From contig NC_068991.1 in assembly GCF_001194135.2 (NCBI RefSeq), forward strand, positions 52,716,072 through 52,752,655: a stretch of DNA of 36,584 bases, written 5' to 3'. Numbering within the stretch: the first letter of the stretch is position 1; each line of letters begins with the position of its first letter. Positions 23,796-36,033 of this stretch are shown here, in pieces. Source of the stretch: Octopus bimaculoides (taxonomy: Eukaryota). A model generated the notes under the pieces. It was not told the DNA's origin and did not search any database. It saw nothing but the letters and a program-made list of their open reading frames with translations. A program made the position numbers and the translations under genes.

Positions 23796-24630
23796 GTGAG
23801 TACACAATCTTTGTTCAGATTTATGTGTGAGCAGGATCACCGGATGATGCTTGGTTGGTGAATGTCTGGGAAGAAAGTGTAGTGTGATCTTTGTAAGAAT
23901 GGGAATTTGTTAGAAATGATAAGTCATTGGTAAAAGGAAAAAAAAGTGTGAAAGACAAAAGTGACTTGTGGGCCACAACTGAATTAATAGAATGAAGGAA
24001 GGAAGGAGCTCTGTCAACACATGCCAAGATAGTGCAATCTAATGGGAAGCTACTGAGCCAAAACACGAAAGACAAGTGGAAACGATAAAAGGAAAAATTT
24101 CAAAAAAAAGATTCACATGCCAGACTTCCTTAAAAGCTTTATTGATTTTGACAACATCATTCACCAAATTTCTCCAAGACAAGAATCAAATCAGTAATGG
24201 GTGAAAGAGAAAAGTAAGTTACTAGTGCATCTGGCTTTATGGAACCCAGGAAACCATATCAGTGGTCATTAAGGAAAAAGAAGGAGGTTCAATGTCTTGG
24301 AGGATATTGTTGCTGATGGCTGCATTGATTATGTTAGAGATGTTATAAGTAGGTGTGCTCCAAAAATTAGTTTGCTGGGTCAGAGAGGTCACTTTTCATG
24401 GAAATGGGATACACTTTAACATGTTTCCAAAGATCAGGATAGATTTCTATAGAGAGGGAGAGAATCTATTGTTATTCTCACTAATTACTATAAATCCCAT
24501 CAATGGAAGAAATATAAACCTCCAGATACATTTCACAAAGTGATAGTGATTAATTGAGAAGGAAATTACAAATAGACAAAAGCTGATATGTGCACACGTG
24601 TGTGTGTGAGTGTGTGCGTGCATGCATGCG

Positions 24631-24730
<100 letters not shown>

Positions 24731-24919
24731 TACACTTAAATTATATTCTGTTATCATAAAAAAGAATATATTCAATAGTCTGGCCCTAGGCACACTTGGC
24801 CTGAAAGACTATTGGAATGGTGATGATTGGAATGTCTTTGACTGTAGGTCTAATTTATCACAGCTGTCTTGTTACTAAACCACAGCATTCTACACCTTTA
24901 CTAAGGCATAAAAAATTTA

Positions 24920-25270
24920 CACGCTAAAGATATTCAAGCAAGATCGTTCGTCGCTGTCCTGGCACGTAAAAAGACATTCGAGCAAGATCGCTGCCAGTGC
25001 CGATGGACTGGCTCCTGTGCAGGTGGCACATAAAACACACCATTTCGAGCATGGCCGTCGCCAGTACCGTCTGACTGGCCCTCGTGCCGGTGGCACGTAA
25101 AACACCCACTACACTCTTGGAGTGGCTGGCGTTAGGAAGGGCATCCAGCTGTAGAAACTCTGCCAAATCAGATTGGAGCCTGGTGTCGCCTCCTGGTCCA
25201 CCAGTCCTCAGTCAAACCATCCAACCCATGCTAGCATGGAAAGCGGACGTTAAACGATGATGATGATGAT
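24920..25270 (+). mobile_element. RTE-family 3' UTR (tandem ~65-70-bp units) and tail
   Basis: Units of gccagt..actggc..gtgccggtggcacgtaaaa, then cactacactcttggag...gatgatgatgat. Confidence 0.85.
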
Positions 25271-25534
25271 TGTCTACAGTAGTGGCTGGCTTATGCCAGG
25301 TGTTGGTAAACAGTTTGGGATGCAGACCAGATTGAAAATGTTTTTGTTTTGCAGGCTGCGGGGCATTAAAATGAAACAATGACCATACAGGGCTATAGAA
25401 ATAGCTTCCTATTTTGATTAATATTTTTCTCTATATAAGTCATTAACATAGAATAAAATATTTTTCACTGATGACATAGGGAATAATGAAAAGAACAATT
25501 ATCTCTTAATACCATTATATCTTTAATTTTTTTC

Positions 25535-25745
25535 TTGTTTCAATCATTGGACTTTTTCTAAAGCCTAGTACTTATTCTATCAATCACTTTTTCTGAAGTG
25601 CTAAGTTACAAGGACATAAACAAACCAACACCAGTTGTCAAGTAGTGTGTGGGGACAAACACAAAGACACACACACACATACACACACACATATATTCAT
25701 AGCAAGCTTCTTTCAGTTTCTGTTTACCAACTCATGAGGCCATAG
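25535..25745 (-). mobile_element. Partial reverse copy of the 21499 SINE family
   Basis: agtacttattctatc, ggggacaaacacaaagac and gcttctttcagtttc are reverse complements of segments of the 21499 copy. Confidence 0.75.
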
Positions 25746-26217
25746 CTGCTTCTTCTCTGTTTCTTGATATCCTCTCATCTCTTTCACATACCTATTCTAT
25801 CCACTGTACTATGTTGTTGCCAGTTTAACTAACGATGGTAGTAGATCTCGCCTATTCACTCTACCATGCTACTTTTGTAATTTGAAATGGCTTTGGGCTT
25901 GTCTCGCCCATTTCTCAATCACATATTATTTCTCCTCTTCGCCGCAATGTAGGATGCCTTAGGCCCTATATGGGTCCAATAACTTTTACCACTATCCTTA
26001 TTCCTCTACTACTAGGCCAAAGTATAAGGAACTGCATTAGATCTGTTTGTATACAATACACCCCACTCCATCACTGAGCCTTTATCATTGTCCACCTCTA
26101 TTACTATCCGCACTACTCGCTCTTCCTTCCTCTATCACCTCTCTCCCCTCTCACTTTCTCCATCTACCCACCCAGACCCTTCTTTTGTTGTTAATCATTA
26201 TACTTGTTGGTGTAGGT

Positions 26218-26465
26218 CAGTGGTTCCCAATCACTTTTGAACTATGGACCCCTTTGATTCCTATTTTACTCAGGCGGACCCCCACAGCCATTCAGTGTTT
26301 AAAAAAAATCCTCTTATATTTTTATAATTAAATATTATTAGGGATTTTATTAAAAATATGTTGAAATATTTTGTGTATTGTAGAAGTATAATTAATTTAT
26401 TACACATAAATTTTAACAACAAAATTTTGTATGGACCCCCTAAGAGTCATGTGGACCCTGGTCTA
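26218..26465 (+). mobile_element. hAT-type MITE fragment
   Basis: Starts with CAGTGGTTCCCAA (Charlie/hAT-type TIR) and has repeated ggaccc subterminal motifs; the second TIR is not found. Confidence 0.6.
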
Positions 26466-27004
26466 GGTACTAAAGGAAAGAACACATCATAGTGTGGGTA
26501 AAATGAAATGTTTTTAGCTTTATAAGGTACTGGGCAACCTCATTAATCCTGGAACCACAATAAAAATGCACTCAGCACACTCTGTAAAGAGATTCACAAA
26601 TGAGTGAATGGACGATTGAAGGGTCTGTATGGTTTTGCAGAAGACATGACAGTTTCTTTTATTTCAGGGCCATAATTATGTGCACCCCATACATTCTGCA
26701 AAATGGTTGGGATAGGAAGGACACCCAGTTATAGAAACACAAGCCAAAGGGGAAATATACAAGCAAGACATGGTCTTTGACTCATCTAGGAGAGTAGTGA
26801 CCCTGAAGATAAACTGATGCAGTCTGTGTCTAGTTTACCCCACGAAAAATAAATGTAAAGTAACTGTGTGTATGTATGTATATATACATACATAAGAGAA
26901 TTGACAAAACCAGGAACTTCCAAGGCCTCAGGTTTTATTTCGGAGATTTCCTTCTCCTAGGTAGATTACCAACCAAGGTTAAAGAGCTTCTACCTGCCCA
27001 TGAG

Positions 27005-27345
27005 GTAAGCTGTCCCATTCTGTCTTTGGCTGGCCTCAAATCTCACCTGCGAACCCATGGAAAACAAACTTCAACCAGCTATTCTGATTATATGTCTGTG
27101 CACACGCTTGAATGTGGTGTGTGCCAGAGGGCTTGCAAATCCAATGGGGGTCTTAAAAGACATGTTAGGATCCACAATGAGCAGAACTTACCTGCAGGTA
27201 TTGGTAGTGCAAATCAGAGGTGCAATCTGTGTGGGTGTTTTTCAAAACATTGTCTGGTTTAAAAAGCCACATCAGACGCCATGAAAGGGCTAAGGTGTAG
27301 GTGCAGGAGGTGGTCAAACTCTGTGTAAGGAGTAGACAACCACCA
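27005..27345 (+). mobile_element. Three C2H2 zinc fingers (first partial, third frameshifted), probably the 3' end of an RTE-type LINE
   Basis: SLAGLKSHLRTH; CGVCQRACKSNGGLKRHVRIH; CNLCGCF/FKTLSGLKSHIRRH after a 1-nt shift in a T run; stop, short UTR, (CATA)n tail. Confidence 0.65.
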
Positions 27346-28064
27346 TACATACATATGAATGTATGTATCTATTTATATGTCCATGTAAAAATCACACAAA
27401 TAACACAAATAAAATCTGACACAAAAGGAAACCAAATAAACAAAAATACCAAGTGGTATCAGATTAAAGTATGTCTGAAAAGTATAGAAATATAAAGCAA
27501 AGGAAAACAGCAAAGAAGTGTTTAACAGCAAAGGAAGAAAGAGAAGAGAATAACCTTTAAGAAAGAGAAGGAAAGAGAAGTAACAGAAAGAGAAGAATGT
27601 ACAATATGAAAAGATGTTCTTCACATGGTAGATCTCAGATAAAATGAGAAAGGGGCAGTAGAATGGGGCAACCAGAAGTAGAGGCACAATCAGGTTACAG
27701 TTAGGTTAAACGCAGAAAGAAAGATGGAGTGAGAGGGAGTAAGTAGAAAGAATGAGGAAGAGAGACAAAGTGAAAAAGAGAGAGGGACAAAATAATGAAG
27801 GAGCAGAACCAGTTAGGGAGGGGTAGTTAGGAGTTCATAATACTGTGGTTTGTGTTTGTATGTGTGTTTGTGCATGGCTGTGTATGAAGGTGTGTAGTAA
27901 AGAAGGGTACCTGTGCTCAATGTATAATAGCGTTGAGGACTGTATGGAAGGATGGTAGGTTAGAAGTATGTTTGGAAATTGAAGGTGAGATGGTATGTAT
28001 GTCAATGTTTGTGTGTGTGAAGTGAATAGTAATAGAAGATGGAAACTATAAGAAGTCAACTGTG

Positions 28065-28275
28065 TAAGTGTGTCTTTGTGTTTGTTCCCCTCCATCTCTT
28101 GAGAACTGGTGTTGGTTTGTCTACATCCCTGCAATCTAGTAGTGTGGCAAAAGAGATTGATAGAATAAGTACCACACTTAAAAAATATCTATTGAGATTG
28201 ATTTGTTTGACTAAAACCCTTCAAGGCACTGCCCCAGCATGGCTACAGTTCAACAACTGAAACAAGTAAAAAGAT
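28065..28275 (+). mobile_element. 3' half of the 21499 SINE family
   Basis: gtgtttgttcccc..gatagaataagtacca..ccccagcatggctacagt..actgaaacaagtaaaa. Confidence 0.75.
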
Positions 28276-28671
28276 CAATTTAAGAAGTAGGTGACTAGGC
28301 TAGTAAAGTGAAGTGTCTTTGAACATGGCTTACAGCTATTATTAGGAATGAACTATTTCTCTAGAAATTCAATAAACTTTTGTTTCAATAACTGATATCA
28401 AATTAAGAGTACCCAGGCTTGTTTTTTAAGGTTACATTTAAAAGTTCTTGCATGTCAAGTGACCACCTAACTTCTTCCCTTCCTCTGTAGATGATTATAT
28501 CTATTTTGAACTCCCACTTTTTTGAATCCAAGTTTAATTGTGGCTGGTTTTGATATTTTAATTTTCTGGAGTCATGTAAATTTTATTGATCTATTATTTA
28601 GTTAAAAAAATTGAATCTTTTAATTCTAATATATTGATATTTAATAATTGATTGTGAATTTTTAATTTCAG

Positions 28672-28733
28672 AGTCATTCCAAGAGAAAAGAGAGTTTTTT
28701 CATATTAAGGACCATTCTACCACAAAAGTTTGA
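28672..28733 (+). CDS. Candidate post-TM exon: QSFQEKREFFHIKDHSTTKV* (or spliced at a weak gtttga donor at 28728)
   Basis: Acceptor ttttaatttcag|; phase-1 entry is open for ~20 codons to TGA at 28731-28733; AATAAA at 28866-28871. Confidence 0.45.
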
Positions 28734-29579
28734 ATTTATAATTCTTGTTTACTCCAAAGCTCTTCACAAAAGAAGTTAGGCTTGGAAAAGCAACCAAGAT
28801 TACATATTACATAAATTTTGACAGTACTTTTGACAGCTTCCTTTTTCAGAGAACTTAAAGCAAGCAATAAACTTATAATTTCTAATAATATATATAAAGT
28901 TAGCTGAGTCAGAGGTTAAAATAACCATCTAAAGGATAGAAGTATCCATTACACTACTGGTATTTTACCTATGTTTAACCATGGGCATACATATGCAAGC
29001 ATATTGCACTCATAAATTATAGGTAAAGACAAGAATAAACATGAGTTTATCAATAATCAAAATTTACAGAAAACGGAAAATGGAGAAATATTAACAAACA
29101 TCAATTATTATCTTTTATTTCAATACAAATAGACTGCATCCCATCTAACAGCTATTTCCACTCCAACGTTGTATGGTATTGCCATTGATATGCTAAAAAT
29201 ATCATATTTGAGAATAAAACTGATCTGAAACATGTAGCTTCATCAGAGTGAAGAATAAATAAAGATGAGCATAGAGAAGAAAAAGGGAAAAGTTGAATAT
29301 GGTTATAATCATACCATTTTGCTCGTGTATCTCTTTCGGAGATACACTAACGCTATGATTAATGCAATAAATAAAGATAAAACAGCTAATAGATTATATA
29401 ATGACTTTATACTGAACAAAAATAACCAATATAGAAATAGGGTAGTAGAAACGACAAAGATAGACCTTAAGACTAATGCACAATCTGATATTGATAATAA
29501 CAACATAAATATACGTATATCACACCCCAAACATAATAAGCCAAAGCACGCTATGACCAAAATCATAAAAATATAAATA

Positions 29580-30747
29580 ACTAGCAGAAATACCCGGCTT
29601 TGCCCGGGTTAAAGATAATAATGAAATCTAAATACGCTGTCTAGACTACGCAACCCTCAACTGTTAGTAGCTACGATACCATATTTCTACATTAATAACT
29701 CTCCAATCCATGCCAGCATGGAACATAGACATTAATTGGAATGCCAGTCTCTCATCTAGGAGGGCCTTGAAATCAATGTTACCAACTGGGGACTATGTGT
29801 GTCGTAGTGATAATAAAAAGACCCAAAGGAGGTCTGCAACGAAATAATTTTACTCAACACTTTGCAAGTGAATCAGTGGAGGCAAAGATGCGTCTCNNNN
29901 NNNNNNNNNNNNNNNNNNNNNNNNNNNNNNNNNNNNNNNNNNNNNNNNNNNNNNNNNNNNNNNNNNNNNNNNNNNNNNNNNNNNNNNNNNNNNNNNNNNN
30001 NNNNNNNNNNNNNNNNNNNNNNNNNNNNNNNNNNNNNNNNNNNNNNNNNNNNNNNNNNNNNNNNNNNNNNNNNNNNNNNNNNNNNNNNNNNNNNNNNNNN
30101 NNNNNNNNNNNNNNNNNNNNNNNNNNNNNNNNNNNNNNNNNNNNNNNNNNNNNNNNNNNNNNNNNNNNNNNNNNNNNNNNNNNNNNNNNNNNNNNNNNNN
30201 NNNNNNNNNNNNNNNNNNNNNNNNNNNNNNNNNNNNNNNNNNNNNNNNNNNNNNNNNNNNNNNNNNNNNNNNNNNNNNNNNNNNNNNNNNNNNNNNNNNN
30301 NNNNNNNNNNNNNNNNNNNNNNNNNNNNNNNNNNNNNNNNNNNNNNNNNNNNNNNNNNNNNNNNNNNNNNNNNNNNTATGTATACATATACATCTCTTTC
30401 TCTCTTTCTCTCTTTCTCTTTCTCTGAAAGTATCTGTCATTACAGTATCGAAATGTGATTGTTTCAGTTAGTAGAATAGTTTCATTTTTAAAGTGAAAGT
30501 ATTTGACATGAGTGTTTTTGTTTCACTTTTGACACGTAATACTTAAATAGTGGAGGAGATATTATGTTGCTGTGGGCTCGAACTCTGCAAGAAGTTAAAA
30601 TTTTTTTGACTAAAACACAACTGGAACCCTAAGTAAGACATCTGTAAAATTTGAATGAAATTGGTTGCGTAGTTCTCGAGTTTTAGGGATTCACACAGAC
30701 AGACAGACAGACAGGCACACATTCTCATTTTTATATATATAGAAGAT
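29580..30747 (+). mobile_element. Non-autonomous Helitron/Helentron-like (DINE-1/HINE-type) element spanning a gap
   Basis: ACTAG start with hairpin acccgg-ctttgc-ccgggt; 3' end (ACAG)n ...ttttatatatatagaagat; internal microsatellite. Confidence 0.6.
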
Positions 30748-30899
30748 AAATTAGCCATTGACCTGATCAACAGGAACATGGGACCTTACAATTATAATAG
30801 CAACATTAACACTAATTACACTATAAAAAGGAAAAATGAAAATTATATACCTTATATAAAATCCACTGGAACAAACAGTGTTAATCTCAATTCTAGTAA

Positions 30900-31664
30900 A
30901 ATAAAGGAGAGTATTATCTGGTTAAGCAAGTAAAATCAAACTTAGTTATACGTCAGATAATAAAGAAACACTTCTCTTGTAATAAAACAAATATAGTGAC
31001 ATAATTCAGAATAGACATTTTAGATTTGATCATTTTGTTTTCCCTAATTTTTAGATATATATCTTCTATGAATTATCCAAAATTAGATAATTTTTACGCT
31101 GAATGAAAGCTTAATATTCATAAGCTTAATAAACATACACACAGTGTACCAGATAAAGCCAAATCTAAATATTCAAATATAAACAATCAAAGGAAGCCTA
31201 CTGCCCATAACCGACTTACTAATTTAGTGATAATCTTAGTAAGTTCTGTGATTTTAGGGTTAAAGAGCAATGTAAATTTAATAGTCATTGCAAACAGAAG
31301 AATTTAGTATACCAAGCTATAGTTGAAACTGAAGATAAACTCTTTTTCTACATTGGTTCAATGGAATCATATATGAAACTTGGATTAGGTAACCATGAGT
31401 GTTTTTTTAGAAACCCCAATAAATGTTCTTCAAGGTCTTAGTAAATTCATCTGGAAATTAAAAGACAGTAATATCAATCTTAAAATTAGATGGAATATTA
31501 TATGTTCTGCAAAATCTTACCATTCACCTGATAGAAATTGTCAACTCTGCACTTCAAAGTGCTATAACATCCTTTTTTCTAGTAAACGATTATTAAATGA
31601 GAGGGTTGAAAAATTCTCAGCTTGCCTACACTCTCCTAAATATCTATTTTATAAATATCATTAA
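30900..31664 (+). mobile_element. Degenerate Penelope-like element: RT thumb/linker and GIY-YIG endonuclease with C-terminal CxxC/CxH
   Basis: SIIWL, IIKKHFS, CKQKNLVYQAIVET..FYIGS, LSKFIWKLKD..IRWNII..SY..CQLC..LLNERVE..CLH. Confidence 0.75.
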
Positions 31665-31785
31665 TTATTTTTTAATTATTTATGTCACTATTCGTTAGGT
31701 TCCTTATTAACCATAAATATTTTTACTAAAATTTGAAACTGAATTAATTAGATCCTTATTACAACCATCATTTATATGAATTTTG

Positions 31786-31930
31786 ACTGAGGACTGGTGA
31801 ACCGGGTGGCTGCACCAGGTTCCAATCTGTTCTGGCAGAGTTTCTACAGCTGGATGCCCTTCCTAACTGTAGAAACTCTGGTAGATCAGATTGGAGCCTG
31901 GTGCAGCCATCCGGTTCGCCAGTCCTCAGT
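31786..31930. repeat. 63-bp inverted repeat with a 19-nt loop made from RTE-tail sequence
   Basis: Arms 31786-31848 and 31868-31930 differ at 6 positions. Confidence 0.95.
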
Positions 31931-32974
31931 GTATATATGTGTAAATATGTACACATATATATTGCAGTGTATATATATACACGAATGTATAAATACATAA
32001 ATATGAATATATACATTTTATATATTGATGACAAAGGGTTCACATGTAAGGCTTTTAAGATACATAGCATAATGGTTAGATTTTTCAAACTTTTGTCTAT
32101 ACCTGATCTTTGATATGACAATATGATGTGAACGCTGCCCATTCCTAGATTTCCTGAACTGTATCTATTACCAAGCCAATGAAAACAATTCATCTATAAC
32201 AGTCAACTAATATTTTTTTACTATCTAACTTATCCTTCATTTATTTTCATATATAATTCTTTCCTTGCATATTTCAGTATCATTCTTTCCTTTTATTTAA
32301 ATATATATACTATTTTACATACATTTATATTTTCCATTACTTTTTATATTATATCTTCATATTTTAACTTTATTTCTGTTATTTTTATTTTTTGTTTTAT
32401 TTTATTATATCTTTACTTACATCTATTATTCACTAGCTAAATAAATATGCACAATATATGTGATCTAACTTCTTAAACTTATTAGTAATTCGTCTGCATC
32501 CTTTCATGAAATATGTTAACCTTTATTGTATAAGCTCATAAAGCCCTGATGAGATTCTGGCCCATATAGTTGAAATTGACGACCAATTCTTAGCATATGA
32601 TCCTACCCAAACGCTAAGAATTACAAATCACCTGGGAGCATGAATCAAAACATATATGTAGGTAGTTGACATCTACCATTTCTTTTACAACTTTATAATT
32701 TATTTGTATTGTTTTTATAAAAAAAAATCTTCCAACCTCATTATATCATACAAATAAATTATTTATACATCCAAAATTCTCCATTTTCTTCTTTCCATCG
32801 TTATTGCCAATATGTATTACTATAATAATCTCTAACATATCACCGAGACTTTCTCTTTATATGATAGGGATTAACCAGTAAAATTTCTGGGATTATTTAA
32901 TCCCTAATGAGAACTTAACATCCTTGAATTGACTATATATATATATATCTATCTATATATATATATATACATAC

Positions 32975-33014
<40 letters not shown>

Positions 33015-33191
33015 NNNNNNNNNNNNNNNNNNNNNNNNNNNNNNNNNNNNNNNNNNNNNNNNNNNNNNNNNNNNNNNNNNNNNNNNNNNNNNNNNNNNNN
33101 NNNNNNNNNNNNNNNNNNNNNNNNNNNNNNNNNNNNNNNNNNNNNNNNNNNNNNNNNNNNNNNNNNNNNNNNNNNNNNNNNNNNNNNNNNN

Positions 33192-33231
<40 letters not shown>

Positions 33232-33729
33232 GGTGATCTCAAATGAAGGTGTGCATGTATGTGTGTGAATAGGGATAGGGGCTAGTGACACTGACGTGTG
33301 TGTGCATCTGTAACGTGTGTGTGTGTTGTGTGTAGCTGATGAGGTGTGCTTTTTGATGTGTGTGTACATCTGTGTGTGTGAGTCAGTGACCAAACAGTGT
33401 CCATGTGTATGACATATATGTGGGTGTAAGTTAATTTTGTCTATGTATGTAGTGTGTGTTAATGGGTGTTGTGTCTGTATGTATATATAGCCTGTGTTCA
33501 GGTATTACGTGCTTGTGTGTGATGGTGTGTGGTACGTGTACTGAGTTACACAGTATTTGTGACTGCTTATATAGTGGTATGTGCGGTGATGCTATTGAAG
33601 ATGGTGTGGGTACTGGGAAGTAGTCAGTACTAGTGTGTGTGGAATGTATTAATAGTGTGAAGTGATATCGATGAAGAGAGGAGATAGGTGTCAGATGAAG
33701 AGAGGAGGGGAGTTGAGCCCATGTGGCAC

Positions 33730-34810
33730 AAAGGAGCAAAAAGAGAAGATTAATTCCTGTTCACAGTGAAAGTGGGAGTCCACATAGCTTCTGTGCAAAG
33801 ATATTCACTACATCTTTCTGTGTTCGGACTGACTGGTAGAGCGGAAATGGTGTGAGACCGAGAAGTCATTATCGAGTCTGATATCTTGGAGGTGCTCCGC
33901 GAACTGGTCAACCAAGTGGCATCGCATTTGACCAATGTACAGAGAAGGGCAGAAAGTGCAGGAGAGTAAATGATGTTACTAGAAGTGCAGGTAAAGGAGT
34001 CAGTGATGTGATAGGGATGACGATGGGCACCTGTGAGGATGGTGGTGCTGGAGAGGTTGAGGCAAGTATGACAGCAAGGGTGAGAACAAGGGAATGAGCC
34101 AGGCTGGGAGGTAGGTTAGGGAAGAAACTGTGAACCAGGAGGTCACATGGGTTATGGGCTCATTTGAAGGAGGGAAGAGGTAGATTGGGGAAGATGTGCC
34201 AAGTGGAAGGATCGGACTGGAGACACTGGAAGGCTCAGAGAATGGTGCATTGGAGGTGCAGGGTGGAGGGGTGAAAGGAAATTGGAGACAGGCAACGGCA
34301 GGGCAAATGCAGGGAGAAAAAGTCCACAGAAGAGGGAATATCCATGTAGGATGAAGTAGTGAGCCATGAGTTGAGACTAAGTCACAAAGTCAAGGTTGTC
34401 ACTGCACAGACGGAGGAATTGGGAGTATGGGATGGAGAGCTTGGTTTTGGTAGGGTGGGAGGAAGAGAAGTTAAGGTAAGAGTGTGAGTCAGTGTGTTTA
34501 AAGTGGATGGAGGTACTGGGAGTGGAGTGGTATGTACTGAGAGAAATGTCAAGAAATTCAATTGAAGAGTAAGAAATAGTGCAAGAGAATTCGAGGGCAG
34601 GATGGAAGAATTGTACAAAAGAGAGCAAGAAGCTTAGTCATTTGCAGAAGAGTGAGGTCTCACCAATACAGTCATTGATATAACAACCGTATAGTTTGGG
34701 AGTGGGACCAGTGAATTGTAGAAACATTTGGGCCTCAAAAGATCCAATGAACAGGTTTGCATAGTTGGGGCCCATTCTCATTCTATGGCCATTCCTGAGA
34801 CCTCCGGAAT
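33730..34810 (-). mobile_element. Degenerate Penelope-like element (second family): RT and GIY-YIG
   Basis: MGPNYANLFIG..KLYGCYINDCIG; FHPALEFS..IEFLD..HFKHTDSHSYL.FSSSHP..KLSIPYSQFLRL; LYIGQM..L.DQFAEHL.DI..VSHHF. Confidence 0.85.
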
Positions 34811-36033
34811 CTCTATGCTAATAGTACCCACGACGAAGCTCACCAAGACATGAACAATAGCTAAGTCTTTCCTATTTTTCATATATTATCCCTTCTGATG
34901 CGCTCCCCCTCCACCACCCCACTTCGTTTTCTCTAACTATACATTTATGTCTTGAATTCATGATTATTTATGTATTTTTTCTCTATCTCACGCGATCTAT
35001 CGTCTTCGCATCTACTTGTTGAAGTTTTTGCTCCTTAGCCCAAACCTGACTGAAATTTGTCTCTAACCCCCTTTAAAAATTACGATTTTTAACTCTCATT
35101 TCTGTTACCGATTTAAACATTTAATCTCACGTTTAAACACTGCTGTGTTTCTTTCAACTTTTTTCTAAAAACCTAACGAATTTGACCAGCATGATGTACT
35201 GCTGCCGGTTCTCCCTCTCCCTCCCTATTGTATTCTATCTCTCTCCCTCTCTCTCTNNNNNNNNNNNNNNNNNNNNNNNNNNNNNNNNNNNNNNNNNNNN
35301 NNNNNNNNNNNNNNNNNNNNNNNNNNNNNNNNNNNNNNNNNNNNNNNNNNNNNNNNNNNNNNNNNNNNNNNNNNNNNNNNNNNNNNNNNNNNNNNNNNNN
35401 NNNNNNNNNNNNNNNNNNNNNNNNNNNNNNNNNNNNNNNNNNNNNNNNNNNNNNNNNNNNNNNNNNNNNNNNNNNNNNNNNNNNNNNNNNNNNNNNNNNN
35501 NNNNNNNNNNNNNNNNNNNNNNNNNNNNNNNNNNNNNNNNNNNNNNNNNNNNNNNNNNNNNNNNNNNNNNNNNNNNNNNNNNNNNNNNNNNNNNNNNNNN
35601 NNNNNNNNNNNNNNNNNNNNNNNNNNNNNNNNNNNNNNNNNNNNNNNNNNNNNNNNNNNNNNNNNNNNNNNNNNNNNNNNNNNNNNNNNNNNNNNNNNNN
35701 NNNNNNNNNNNNNNNNNNNNNNNNNNNNNNNNNNNNNNNNNNNNNNNNNNNNNNNNNNNNNNNNNNNNNNNNNNNNNNNNNNNNNNNNNNNNNNNNNNNN
35801 NNNNNNNNNNNNNNNNNNNNNNNNNNNNNNNNNNNNNNNNNNNNNNNNNNNNNNNNNNNNNNNNNNNNNNNNNNNNNNNNNNNNNNNNNNNNNNNNNNNN
35901 NNNNNNNNNNNNNNNNNNNNNNNNNNNNNNNNNNNNNNNNNNNNNNNNNNNNNNNNNNNNNNNNNNNNNNNNNNNNNNNNNNNNNNNNNNNNNNNNNNNN
36001 NNNNNNNNNNNNNNNNNNNNNNNNNNNNNNNNC

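Noticed and set aside
29205-29250. Minus-strand CTGATGAAG motif
   Set aside because: No correctly placed GAAA or stems II/III on that strand.
29265-29576. 103-aa Asn/Lys-rich ORF after the candidate last exon
   Set aside because: Low complexity with no SEFIR motifs; explained by AT-rich composition.
33240-33720. TG-rich stretch with His/Thr-rich reverse ORFs
   Set aside because: Degenerate (TG)n satellite; the ORFs are compositional artefacts.
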